Source of the DNA: Azolla caroliniana
Taxonomy: Eukaryota; Plantae; Polypodiophyta
NCBI GenBank assembly: GCA_043228905.1
Contig: JBHGNT010000035.1
Span: 223,327 to 287,326, forward strand
Length of the DNA: 64,000 bases
Direction of reading: 5' to 3'
Position numbers and translations under genes: made by a program. Below, one piece after another: positions 26,755 to 39,950 of the stretch. Each line of letters opens with the position of its first letter. The stretch's first letter is position 1. The notes beneath the pieces were generated by a model. That model was not told the origin of the DNA. It made no database searches and worked only from the letters and a program-made list of their open reading frames with translations.

Positions 26755-29700
26755 CACAGAAATACGATATCACACGAGCCAGATATGAACATTTTAATTT
26801 ACCTACTTGCTCTTGTCAACTCCCACCTCAAATTTGCTAATTTCTTCATGTCGCTCGACCTGAGTTTTAAAATCTTGATTTTTTAATTCCATATCATAGC
26901 TAGCGTTGTTAGCTTCGATTCGCATGTTTGAACACAGAAATCCGATATCACACGAGCCAGATATGAACATTTTAATTTACCTACTTACTCTTGTCAACTC
27001 CTACCTCAAATTTGCTAATTTCTTCATGTCTCTCGACGTGAGTGTCCAAATCTTTATTTTTTAATTCCATATCATAGCAAGCGTTGTTAGCTTCAATTCG
27101 CATGTTTGAACACAGAAATCCGATATCACACGAGCTAGATATGAACATTTTAATTTACCTACTTGCTCTTGTCAACTCCCACCTCAAATTTGCTAATTTC
27201 TTCATGTCGCTCGACCTGATTTTTAAAATCTTGATTTTTTAATTCCATATCATAGCTAGCGTTGTTAGCTTCAATTCGCATGTTTGAACACAGAAATCCG
27301 ATATCACACGAGCCAGATATGAACATTTTAATTTACCTACTTGCTCTTGTCAACTCTCACCTCAAATTTGCTAATTTCTTCATGTCTCTCGACGTGGGTT
27401 TCAAAATCTTGACTTTTTATTTCCATATCATAGCAAGCGTTGTTAGCTTCAATTCGCATGTTTGAACACAGAAATCCGATATCACACGAGCCAGATATGA
27501 ACATTTTAATTTACCTAGTTGCTCTTGTCAACTCCCACCTCAAATTTGCTAATTTCTTCATGTCGCTCGACCGGATTTTTAAATTCTTGATTTTTTAATT
27601 CCATCTCATAGCTAGCGTTGTTAGCTTTAATTCGCATGTTTGAACACAAAAATCCGATATCACACGAGCCAGATATGAACATTTTAATTTACCTACTTAC
27701 TCTTGTCAACTCCTGCCTCAAATTTGCTAATTTCTTCATGTCTCTCGACTTGAGTGTCGAAATCTTGATTTTTTAATTCCATATCATAGCAAGCGTTGTT
27801 AGCTTCAATTCGCATGTTTGAACACAGAAATCCGATATCACACGAGCTAGATATGAACATTTTAATTTACCTACTTGCTCTTGTCAACTCCCACCTCAAA
27901 TTTGCTAATTTCTTCATGTCGCTCGACCTGATTTTTAAAATCTTGATTTTTTAATTCCATATCATAGCTAGCGTTGTTAGCTTCAATTCGCATGTTTGAA
28001 CATAGAAATCCGATATCACACGAGCCAGATATGAACATTTTAATTTACCTACTTGCTCTTGTCAACTCCCACCTCCAATTTGCTAATTTCTTCATGTCGC
28101 TCGACCTGATTTTTAAAACCTTGATTTTTTAATTCCATATCATAGCTAGCGTTGTTAGCTACGATTCGCAGGTTTGAACACAAAAATCCGATATCACACG
28201 AGCCAGATATGAACATTTTAATTTACCTACTTACTCTTGTCAACTCCTGCCTCAAATTTGCTAATTTCTTCATGTCTCTCGACTTGAGTGTCCAGATCTT
28301 GATTTTTTAATTCCATATCATAGCAAGCGTTGTTAGCTTCAATTCGCATGTTTGAACACAGAAATACGATATCACACGAGCCAGATATGAACATTTTAAT
28401 TTACCTACTTGCTCTTGTCAACTCCCACCTCAAATTTGCTAATTTCTTCATGTCGCTCGACCTGAGTTTTAAAATCTTGATTTTTTAATTCCATATCATA
28501 GCTAGCGTTGTTAGCTTCGATTCGCATGTTTGAACACAGAAATCCGATATCACACGAGCTAGATATGAACATTTTAATTTACCTACTTGCTCTTGTCAAC
28601 TCCCACCTCAAATTTGCTAATTTCTTCATGTCGCTGGACCTGATTTTTAAAATCTTGATTTTTTAATTCCATATCATAGCTAGCGTTGTTAGCTTCAATT
28701 CGCATGTTTGAACACAGAAATACGATATCACACGAGCCAGATATGAACATTTTAATTTACCTACTTGCTCTTGTCAACTCCCACCTCAAATTTGCTAATT
28801 TCTTCATGTCGCTCGACCTGAGTTTTAAAATCTTGATTTTTTAATTCCATATCATAGCTAGCGTTGTTAGCTTCAATTCGCATGTTTGAACACAGAAATC
28901 CGATATCACACGAGCTAGATATGAACATTTTAATTTACCTACTTGCTCTTGTCAACTCCCACCTCAAATTTGCTAATTTCTTCATGTCGCTGGACCTGAT
29001 TTTTAAAATTTTGATTTTTTAATTCCGTATCATAGCTAGCGTAGTTAGCTTCGATTCGCATGTTTGAACACAAAAATCCGATATCACACGAGCCAGATAT
29101 GAACATTTTAATTTACCTACTTACTCTTGTCAACTCCTACCTCAAATTTGCTAATTTCTTCATGTCTCTCGACGTGAGTGTCCAAATCTTTATTTTTTAA
29201 TTCCATATCATAGCAAGCGTTGTTAGCTTCAATTCGCATGTTTGAACACAGAAATCCGATATCACACGAGCTAGATATGAACATTTTAATTTACCTACTT
29301 GCTCTTGTCAACTCCCACCTCAAATTTGCTAATTTCTTCATGTCGCTCGACCTGATTTTTAAAATCTTGATTTTTTAATTCCATATCATAGCTAGCGTTG
29401 TTAGCTTCAATTCGCATGTTTGAACACAGAAATCCGATATCACACGAGCCAGATATGAACATTTTAATTTACCTACTTGCTCTTGTCAACTCCCACCTCA
29501 AATTTGCTAATTTCTTCATGTCGCTCGACCTGATTCTTAAAATTTTGATTTTTTAATTCCATATCATAGCTAGCGTTGTTAGCTTCGATTCGCATGTTTG
29601 AACACAAAAATCCGATATCACACGAGCCAGATATGAACATTTTAATTTACTAACGCGTTGTTCTAAACTCCCGCCTCAAATTTGCTAATTTCTTCATGTC

Positions 29701-31125
29701 TCTCGACGTGAGTGTCCAAATTTTGATTTTTTAATTCCATATCATAGCAAGCGTTGTTAGCTTCAATTCGCATGTTTGAACACAGAAATCCGATATCACA
29801 CGAGCCAGATATGAACATTTTAATTTACCTACTTGCTCTTGTCAACTCCCACCTCAAATTTGCTAATTTCTTCATGTCGCTCGACCTGAGTTTTAAAATC
29901 TTGATTTTTTAATTCCATATCATAGCTAGCGTTGTTAGCTTCAATTCGCATGTTTGAACACAGAAATCCGATATCACACGAGCCAGATATGAACATTTTA
30001 ATTTACCTACTTGCTCTTGTCAACTCCCACCTCAAATTTGCTAATTTCTTCATGTCGCTCGACCTGATTTTTAAAATTTTGATTTTTTAATTCCATATCA
30101 TAGCTAGCGTTGTTAGCTTCAATTCGCATGTTTGAACACAGAAATCCGATATCACACGAGCCAGATATGAACATTTTAATTTACCTACTTACTCTTGTCA
30201 ACTCCTACCTCAAATTTGCTAATTTCTTCATGTCTCTCGACGTGAGTGTCCAAATCTTGATTTTTTAATTCCATATCATAGCAAGCGTTGTTAGCTTCAA
30301 TTCCCACGTTTGAACACAGAAATCCGATATCACACGAGCCAGATATGAACATTTTAATTTACTAACGCGTTGTTCTAAACTCCCGCCTCAAATTTGCTAA
30401 TTTCTTCATGTCTCTCGACGTGAGTGTCCAAATTTTGATTTTTTAATTCCATATCATAGCAAGCGTTGTTAGCTTCAATTCGCATGTTTGAACACAGAAA
30501 TCCGATATCACACGAGCTAGATATGAACATTTTAATTTACCTACTTGCTCTTGTCAACTCCCACCTCAAATTTGCTAATTTCTTCATGTCGCTCGACCTA
30601 ATTTTTAAAATCTTGATTTTTTAATTCCATATCATAGCTAGCGTTGTTAGCTTCAATTCGCATGTTTGAACATAGAAATCCGATATCACACGAGCCAGAT
30701 ATGAACATTTTAATTTACCTACTTGCTCTTGTCAACTCCCACCTCCAATTTGCTAATTTCTTCATGTCGCTCGACCTGATTTTTAAAACCTTGATTTTTT
30801 AATTCCATATCATAGCTAGCGTTGTTAGCTACGATTCGCAGGTTTGAACACAAAAATCCGATATCACACGAGCCAGATATGAACATTTTAATTTACCTAC
30901 TTACTCTTGTCAACTCCTGCCTCAAATTTGCTAATTTCTTCATGTCTCTCAACTTGAGTGTCCAGATCTTGATTTTTTAATTCCATATCATAGCAAGCGT
31001 TGTTAGCTTCAATTCGCATGTTTGAACACAGAAATACGATATCACACGAGCCAGATATGAACATTTTAATTTACCTACTTGCTCTTGTCAACTCCCACCT
31101 CAAATTTGCTAATTTCTTCATGTCG
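26755..31125. repeat. ~24-monomer block, copy 2 of the non-adjacent duplication
   Basis: Same ordered rare variants as 17500-21870: CTCTCAC/TTTTATTTCC, CTAGTTG+ACCGG, GTCGAAA, TACG..CAGG, TTCCGTATC+GCGTAG, ATTCCCACG. Confidence 0.85.
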
Positions 31126-31449
31126 CTCGACCTGATTTTTAAAACCTTGATTTTTTAATTCCATATTATAGCTAGCGTTGTTAGCTACGATTCGCAGGTT
31201 TGAACACAAAAATCCGATATCACACGAGCCAGATATGAACATTTTAATTTACCTACTTACTCTTGTCAACTCCTGCCTCAAATTTGCTAATTTCTTCATG
31301 TCTCTCGACTTGAGTGTCCAGATGTTCATTTTTTAATTCCATATCATAGCAAGCGTTGTTAGCTTCAATTCGCATGTTTGAACACAGAAATCCGATATCA
31401 CACGAGCCAGATATGAACATTTTAATTTACCTACTTGCTCTTGTCAACT

Positions 31450-34400
31450 CCCACCTCAAATTTGCTAATTTCTTCATGTCGCTCGACCTGAGTTTTAAAA
31501 TCTTGATTTTTTAATTCCATATCATAGCTAGCGTTGTTAGCTTCGATTCGCATGTTTGAACACAGAAATCCGATATCACACGAGCTAGATATGAACATTT
31601 TAATTTACCTACTTGCTCTTGTCAACTCCCACCTCAAATTTGCTAATTTCTTCATGTCGCTGGACCTGATTTTTAAAATCTTGATTTTTTAATTCCATAT
31701 CATAGCTAGCGTTGTTAGCTTCAATTCGCATGTTTGAACACAGAAATACGATATCACACGAGCCAGATATGAACATTTTAATTTACCTACTTGCTCTTGT
31801 CAACTCCCACCTCAAATTTGCTAATTTCTTCATGTCGCTCGACCTGAGTTTTAAAATCTTGATTTTTTAATTCCATATCATAGCTAGCGTTGTTAGCTTC
31901 AATTCGCATGTTTGAACACAGAAATCCGATATCACACGAGCTAGATATGAACATTTTAATTTACCTACTTGCTCTTGTCAACTCCCACCTCAAATTTGCT
32001 AATTTCTTCATGTCGCTGGACCTGATTTTTAAAATTTTGATTTTTTAATTCCATATCATAGCTAGCGTTGTTAGCTTCGATTCGCATGTTTGAACACAAA
32101 AATCCGATATCACACGAGCCAGATATGAACATTTTAATTTACCTACTTACTCTTGTCAACTCCTACCTCAAATTTGCTAATTTCTTCATGTCTCTCGACG
32201 TGAGTGTCCAAATCTTTATTTTTTAATTCCATATCATAGCAAGCGTTGTTAGCTTCAATTCGCATGTTTGAACACAGAAATCCGATATCACACGAGCTAG
32301 ATATGAACATTTTAATTTACCTACTTGCTCTTGTCAACTCCCACCTCAAATTTGCTAATTTCTTCATGTCGCTCGACCTGATTTTTAAAATCTTGATTTT
32401 TTAATTCCATATCATAGCTAGCGTTGTTAGCTTCAATTCGCATGTTTGAACACAGAAATCCGATATCACACGAGCCAGATATGAACATTTTAATTTACCT
32501 ACTTGCTCTTGTCAACTCCCACCTCAAATTTGCTAATTTCTTCATGTCGCTCGACCTGATTCTTAAAATCTTTATTTTTTAATTCCATATCATAGCTAGC
32601 GTTGTTAGCTTCGATTCGCATGTTTGAACACAAAAATCCGATATCACACGAGCCAGATATGAACATTTTAATTTACTAACGCGTTGTTCTAAACTCCCGC
32701 CTCAAATTTGCTAATTTCTTCATGTCTCTCGACGTGAGTGTCCAAATCTTGATTTTTTAATTCCATATCATAGCAAGCGTTGTTAGCTTCAATTCGCATG
32801 TTTGAACACAAAAATCCGATTTTACACGAGCCAAATATGAACATTTTAATTTACTAACGCGTTGTTCTAAACTCCCTCCTCAAATTTGCTAATTTCTTCA
32901 TGTCTCTCGACCTCCGTTTGAAAATCTTGATTTTTTAATTCCATATCATAGCTAGTTTTGTTAGTTTCGATTCGCATGTTTGAACACAAAAATCCGATTT
33001 TACACGAGCCAAATATGAACATTTTAATTTACTAACGTGTTGTTCTAAACTCCCTCCTCAAATTTGCTAATTTCTTCATGTCTCTCGACGTGGGTTTCAA
33101 AATCTTGACTTTTTAATTCCATATCCTAGCAAGCGTTCTTAGCTTCGATTCGCATGTTTGAACACAGAAATCCAATATCACAGGAGCCAGATATGAACAT
33201 TTTAATTTACCTACTTGCTCTTGTCAACTCCCGCCTCAAATTTGCTAATTTCTTCATGTCTCTCGACCTGAGTTTCAAAATCTTGATTTTTTAAATCCAT
33301 ATCATAGCTAGCGTTGTTAGCTTCGATTCGCATGTTTGAACACAAAAATCCGATATCACACGAGCCAGATATGAACATTTTAATTTACCTACTTACTCTT
33401 GTCAACTCCTACCTCAAATTTGCTAATTTCTTCATGTCTCTCGACGTGAGTGTCCAAATCTTTATTTTTTAATTCCATATCATAGCAAGCGTTGTTAGCT
33501 TCAATTCGCATGTTTGAACACAGAAATCCGATATCACACGAGCTAGATATGAACATTTTAATTTACCTACTTGCTCTTGTCAACTCCCACCTCAAATTTG
33601 CTAATTTCTTCATGTCGCTCGACCTGAGTTTTAAAATCTTGATTTTTTAATTCCATATCATAGCTAGCGTTGTTAGCTTCGATTCGCATGTTTGAACACA
33701 GAAATCCGATATCACACGAGCTAGATATGAACATTTTAATTTACCTACTTGCTCTTGTCAACTCCCACCTCAAATTTGCTAATTTCTTCATGTCGCTGGA
33801 CCTGATTTTTAAAATCTTGATTTTTTAATTCCATATCATAGCTAGCGTTGTTAGCTTCAATTCGCATGTTTGAACACAGAAATACGATATCACACGAGCC
33901 AGATATGAACATTTTAATTTACCTACTTGCTCTTGTCAACTCCCACCTCAAATTTGCTAATTTCTTCATGTCGCTCGACCTGAGTTTTAAAATCTTGATT
34001 TTTTAATTCCATATCATAGCTAGCGTTGTTAGCTTCAATTCGCATGTTTGAACACAGAAATCCGATATCACACGAGCTAGATATGAACATTTTAATTTAC
34101 CTACTTGCTCTTGTCAACTCCCACCTCAAATTTGCTAATTTCTTCATGTCGCTGGACCTAATTTTTAAAATTTTGATTTTTTAATTCCATATCATAGCTA
34201 GCGTTGTTAGCTTCGATTCGCATGTTTGAACACAAAAATCCGATATCACACGAGCCAGATATGAACATTTTAATTTACCTACTTACTCTTGTCAACTCCT
34301 ACCTCAAATTTGCTAATTTCTTCATGTCTCTCGACGTGAGTGTCCAAATCTTTATTTTTTAATTCCATATCATAGCAAGCGTTGTTAGCTTCAATTCGCA

Positions 34401-37400
34401 TGTTTGAACACAGAAATCCGATATCACACGAGCTAGATATGAACATTTTAATTTACCTACTTGCTCTTGTCAACTCCCACCTCAAATTTGCTAATTTCTT
34501 CATGTCGCTCGACCTGATTTTTAAAATCTTGATTTTTTAATTCCATATCATAGCTAGCGTTGTTAGCTTCAATTCGCATGTTTGAACACAGAAATCCGAT
34601 ATCACACGAGCCAGATATGAACATTTTAATTTACCTACTTGCTCTTGTCAACTCCCACCTCAAATTTGCTAATTTCTTCATGTCGCTCGACCTGATTCTT
34701 AAAATCTTTATTTTTTAATTCCATATCATAGCTAGCGTTGTTAGCTTCGATTCGCATGTTTGAACACAAAAATCCGATATCACACGAGCCAGATATGAAC
34801 ATTTTAATTTACTAACGCGTTGTTCTAAACTCCCGCCTCAAATTTGCTAATTTCTTCATGTCTCTCGACGTGAGTGTGCAAATCTTGATTTTTTAATTCC
34901 ATATCATAGCAAGCGTTGTTAGCTTCAATTCGCATGTTTGAACACAAAAATCCGATTTTACACGAGCCAAATATGAACATTTTAATTTACTAACGCGTTG
35001 TTCTAAACTCCCTCCTCAAATTTGCTAATTTCTTCATGTCTCTCGACCTCCGTTTGAAAATCTTGATTTTTTAATTCCATATCATAGCTAGTTTTGTTAG
35101 TTTCGATTCGCATGTTTGAACACAAAAATCCGATTTTACACGAGCCAAATATGAACATTTTAATTTACTAACGTGTTGTTCTAAACTCCCTCCTCAAATT
35201 TGCTAATTTCTTCATGTCTCTCGACGTGGGTTTCAAAATCTTGACTTTTTAATTCCATATCCTAGCAAGCGTTCTTAGCTTCGATTCGCATGTTTGAACA
35301 CAGAAATCCAATATCACAGGAGCCAGATATGAACATTTTAATTTACCTACTTGCTCTTGTCAACTCCCGCCTCAAATTTGCTAATTTCTTCATGTCTCTC
35401 GACCTGAGTTTCAAAATCTTGATTTTTTAAATCCATATCATAGCTAGCGTTGTTAGCTTCGATTCGCATGTTTGAACACAAAAATCCGATATCACACGAG
35501 CCAGATATGAACATTTTAATTTACCTACTTACTCTTGTCAACTCCTACCTCAAATTTGCTAATTTCTTCATGTCTCTCGACGTGAGTGTCCAAATCTTTA
35601 TTTTTTAATTCCATATCATAGCAAGCGTTGTTAGCTTCAATTCGCATGTTTGAACACAGAAATCCGATATCACACGAGCTAGATATGAACATTTTAATTT
35701 ACCTACTTGCTCTTGTCAACTCCCACCTCAAATTTGCTAATTTCTTCATGTCGCTCGACCTGATTTTTAAAATCTTGATTTTTTAATTCCATATCATAGC
35801 TAGCGTTGTTAGCTTCAATTCGCATGTTTGAACACAGAAATCCGATATCACACGAGCCAGATATGAACATTTTAATTTACCTACTTGCTCTTGTCAACTC
35901 CCACCTCAAATTTGCTAATTTCTTCATGTCGCTCGACCTGATTCTTAAAATTTTGATTTTTTAATTCCATATCATAGCTAGCGTTGTTAGCTTCGATTCG
36001 CATGTTTGAACACAAAAATCCGATATCACACGAGCCAGATATGAACATTTTAATTTACTAACGCGTTGTTCTAAACTCCCGCCTCAAATTTGCTAATTTC
36101 TTCATGTCTCTCGACGTGAGTGTCCAAATTTTGATTTTTTAATTCCATATCATAGCAAGCGTTGTTAGCTTCAATTCGCATGTTTGAACACAGAAATCCG
36201 ATATCACACGAGCCAGATATGAACATTTTAATTTACCTACTTGCTCTTGTCAACTCCCACCTCAAATTTGCTAATTTCTTCATGTCGCTCGACCTGAGTT
36301 TTAAAATCTTGATTTTTTAATTCCATATCATAGCTAGCGTTGTTAGCTTCAATTCGCATGTTTGAACACAGAAATCCGATATCACACGAGCCAGATATGA
36401 ACATTTTAATTTACCTAGTTGCTCTTGTCAACTCCCACCTCAAATTTGCTAATTTCTTCATGTCGCTCGACCGGATTTTTAAATTCTTGATTTTTTAATT
36501 CCATCTCATAGCTAGCGTTGTTAGCTTTAATTCGCATGTTTGAACACAAAAATCCGATATCACACGAGCCAGATATGAACATTTTAATTTACCTACTTGC
36601 TCTTGTCAACTCCCACCTCAAATTTGCTAATTTCTTCATGTCGCTCGACCTGATTTTTAAAATTTTGATTTTTTAATTCCATATCATAGCTAGCGTTGTT
36701 AGCTTCAATTCGCATGTTTGAACACAGAAATCCGATATCACACGAGCCAGATATGAACATTTTAATTTACCTACTTGCTCTTGTCAACTCCCACCTCAAA
36801 TTTGCTAATTTCTTCATGTCGCTCGACCTGAGTTTTAAAATCTTGATTTTTTAATTCCATATCATAGCTAGCGTTGTTAGCTTCAATTCGCATGTTTGAA
36901 CACAGAAATCCGATATCACACGAGCTAGATATGAACATTTTAATTTACCTACTTGCTCTTGTCAACTCCCACCTCAAATTTGCTAATTTCTTCATGTCGC
37001 TGGACCTGATTTTTAAAATTTTGATTTTTTAATTCCATATCATAGCTAGCGTTGTTAGCTTCGATTCGCATGTTTGAACACAAAAATCCGATATCACACG
37101 AGCCAGATATGAACATTTTAATTTACCTACTTACTCTTGTCAACTCCTACCTCAAATTTGCTAATTTCTTCATGTCTCTCGACGTGAGTGTCCAAATCTT
37201 TATTTTTTAATTCCATATCATAGCAAGCGTTGTTAGCTTCAATTCGCATGTTTGAACACAGAAATCCGATATCACACGAGCTAGATATGAACATTTTAAT
37301 TTACCTACTTGCTCTTGTCAACTCCCACCTCAAATTTGCTAATTTCTTCATGTCGCTCGACCTGATTTTTAAAATCTTGATTTTTTAATTCCATATCATA

Positions 37401-39950
37401 GCTAGCGTTGTTAGCTTCAATTCGCATGTTTGAACACAGAAATCCGATATCACACGAGCCAGATATGAACATTTTAATTTACCTACTTGCTCTTGTCAAC
37501 TCCCACCTCAAATTTGCTAATTTCTTCATGTCGCTCGACCTGATTCTTAAAATCTTTATTTTTTAATTCCATATCATAGCTAGCGTTGTTAGCTTCGATT
37601 CGCATGTTTGAACACAAAAATCCGATATCACACGAGCCAGATATGAACATTTTAATTTACTAACGCGTTGTTCTAAACTCCCGCCTCAAATTTGCTAATT
37701 TCTTCATGTCTCTCGACGTGAGTGTCCAAATCTTGATTTTTTAATTCCATATCATAGCAAGCGTTGTTAGCTTCAATTCGCATGTTTGAACACAGAAATC
37801 CGATATCACACGAGCTAGATATGAACATTTTAATTTACCTACTTGCTCTTGTCAACTCCCACCTCAAATTTGCTAATTTCTTCATGTCGCTCGACCTGAT
37901 TTTTAAAATCTTGATTTTTTAATTCCATATCATAGCTAGCGTTGTTAGCTTCAATTCGCATGTTTGAACACAGAAATCCGATATCACACGAGCCAGATAT
38001 GAACATTTTAATTTACCTACTTGCTCTTGTCAACTCCCACCTCAAATTTGCTAATTTCTTCATGTCGCTCGACCTGATTCTTAAAATCTTTATTTTTTAA
38101 TTCCATATCATAGCTAGCGTTGTTAGCTTCGATTCGCATGTTTGAACACAGAAATCCGATATCACACGAGCCAGATATGAACATTTTAATTTACTAACGC
38201 GTTGTTCTAAACTCCCGCCTCAAATTTGCTAATTTCTTCATGTCTCTCGACGTGAGTGTGCAAATCTTGATTTTTTAATTCCATATCATAGCAAGCGTTG
38301 TTAGCTTCAATTCGCATGTTTGAACACAAAAATCCGATTTTACACGAGCCAAATATGAACATTTTAATTTACTAACGCGTTGTTCTAAACTCCCTCCTCA
38401 AATTTGCTAATTTCTTCATGTCTCTCGACCTCCGTTTGAAAATCTTGATTTTTTAATTCCATATCATAGCTAGTTTTGTTAGTTTCGATTCGCATGTTTG
38501 AACACAAAAATCCGATTTTACACGAGCCAAATATGAACATTTTAATTTACTAACGTGTTGTTCTAAACTCCCTCCTCAAATTTGCTAATTTCTTCATGTC
38601 TCTCGACGTGGGTTTCAAAATCTTGACTTTTTAATTCCATATCCTAGCAAGCGTTCTTAGCTTCGATTCGCATGTTTGAACACAGAAATCCAATATCACA
38701 GGAGCCAGATATGAACATTTTAATTTACCTACTTGCTCTTGTCAACTCCCGCCTCAAATTTGCTAATTTCTTCATGTCTCTCGACCTGAGTTTCAAAATC
38801 TTGATTTTTTAAATCCATATCATAGCTAGCGTTGTTAGCTTCGATTCGCATGTTTGAACACAAAAATCCGATATCACACGAGCCAGATATGAACATTTTA
38901 ATTTACCTACTTACTCTTGTCAACTCCTACCTCAAATTTGCTAATTTCTTCATGTCTCTCGACGTGAGTGTCCAAATCTTTATTTTTTAATTCCATATCA
39001 TAGCAAGCGTTGTTAGCTTCAATTCGCATGTTTGAACACAGAAATCCGATATCACACGAGCTAGATATGAACATTTTAATTTACCTACTTGCTCTTGTCA
39101 ACTCCCACCTCAAATTTGCTAATTTCTTCATGTCGCTCGACCTGATTTTTAAAATCTTGATTTTTTAATTCCATATCATAGCTAGCGTTGTTAGCTTCAA
39201 TTCGCATGTTTGAACACAGAAATCCGATATCACACGAGCCAGATATGAACATTTTAATTTACCTACTTGCTCTTGTCAACTCCCACCTCAAATTTGCTAA
39301 TTTCTTCATGTCGCTCGACCTGATTCTTAAAATTTTGATTTTTTAATTCCATATCATAGCTAGCGTTGTTAGCTTCGATTCGCATGTTTGAACACAAAAA
39401 TCCGATATCACACGAGCCAGATATGAACATTTTAATTTACTAACGCGTTGTTCTAAACTCCCGCCTCAAATTTGCTAATTTCTTCATGTCTCTCGACGTG
39501 AGTGTCCAAATTTTGATTTTTTAATTCCATATCATAGCAAGCGTTGTTAGCTTCAATTCGCATGTTTGAACACAGAAATCCGATATCACACGAGCCAGAT
39601 ATGAACATTTTAATTTACCTACTTGCTCTTGTCAACTCCCACCTCAAATTTGCTAATTTCTTCATGTCGCTCGACCTGAGTTTTAAAATCTTGATTTTTT
39701 AATTCCATATCATAGCTAGCGTTGTTAGCTTCAATTCGCATGTTTGAACACAGAAATCCGATATCACACGAGCCAGATATGAACATTTTAATTTACCTAG
39801 TTGCTCTTGTCAACTCCCACCTCAAATTTGCTAATTTCTTCATGTCGCTCGACCGGATTTTTAAATTCTTGATTTTTTAATTCCATCTCATAGCTAGCGT
39901 TGTTAGCTTTAATTCGCATGTTTGAACACAAAAATCCGATATCACACGAG
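31450..39950. repeat. 12-monomer (2136 bp) tandem duplication overlapped by a 19-monomer-offset (3382 bp) duplication; boundaries approximate
   Basis: CCGTTTG is at 32914, 35050 and 38432 (offsets 2136, 3382). GTGTGCAAA is at ~34875 and ~38257. CTAGTTG is at ~36415 and ~39797. Confidence 0.85.
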
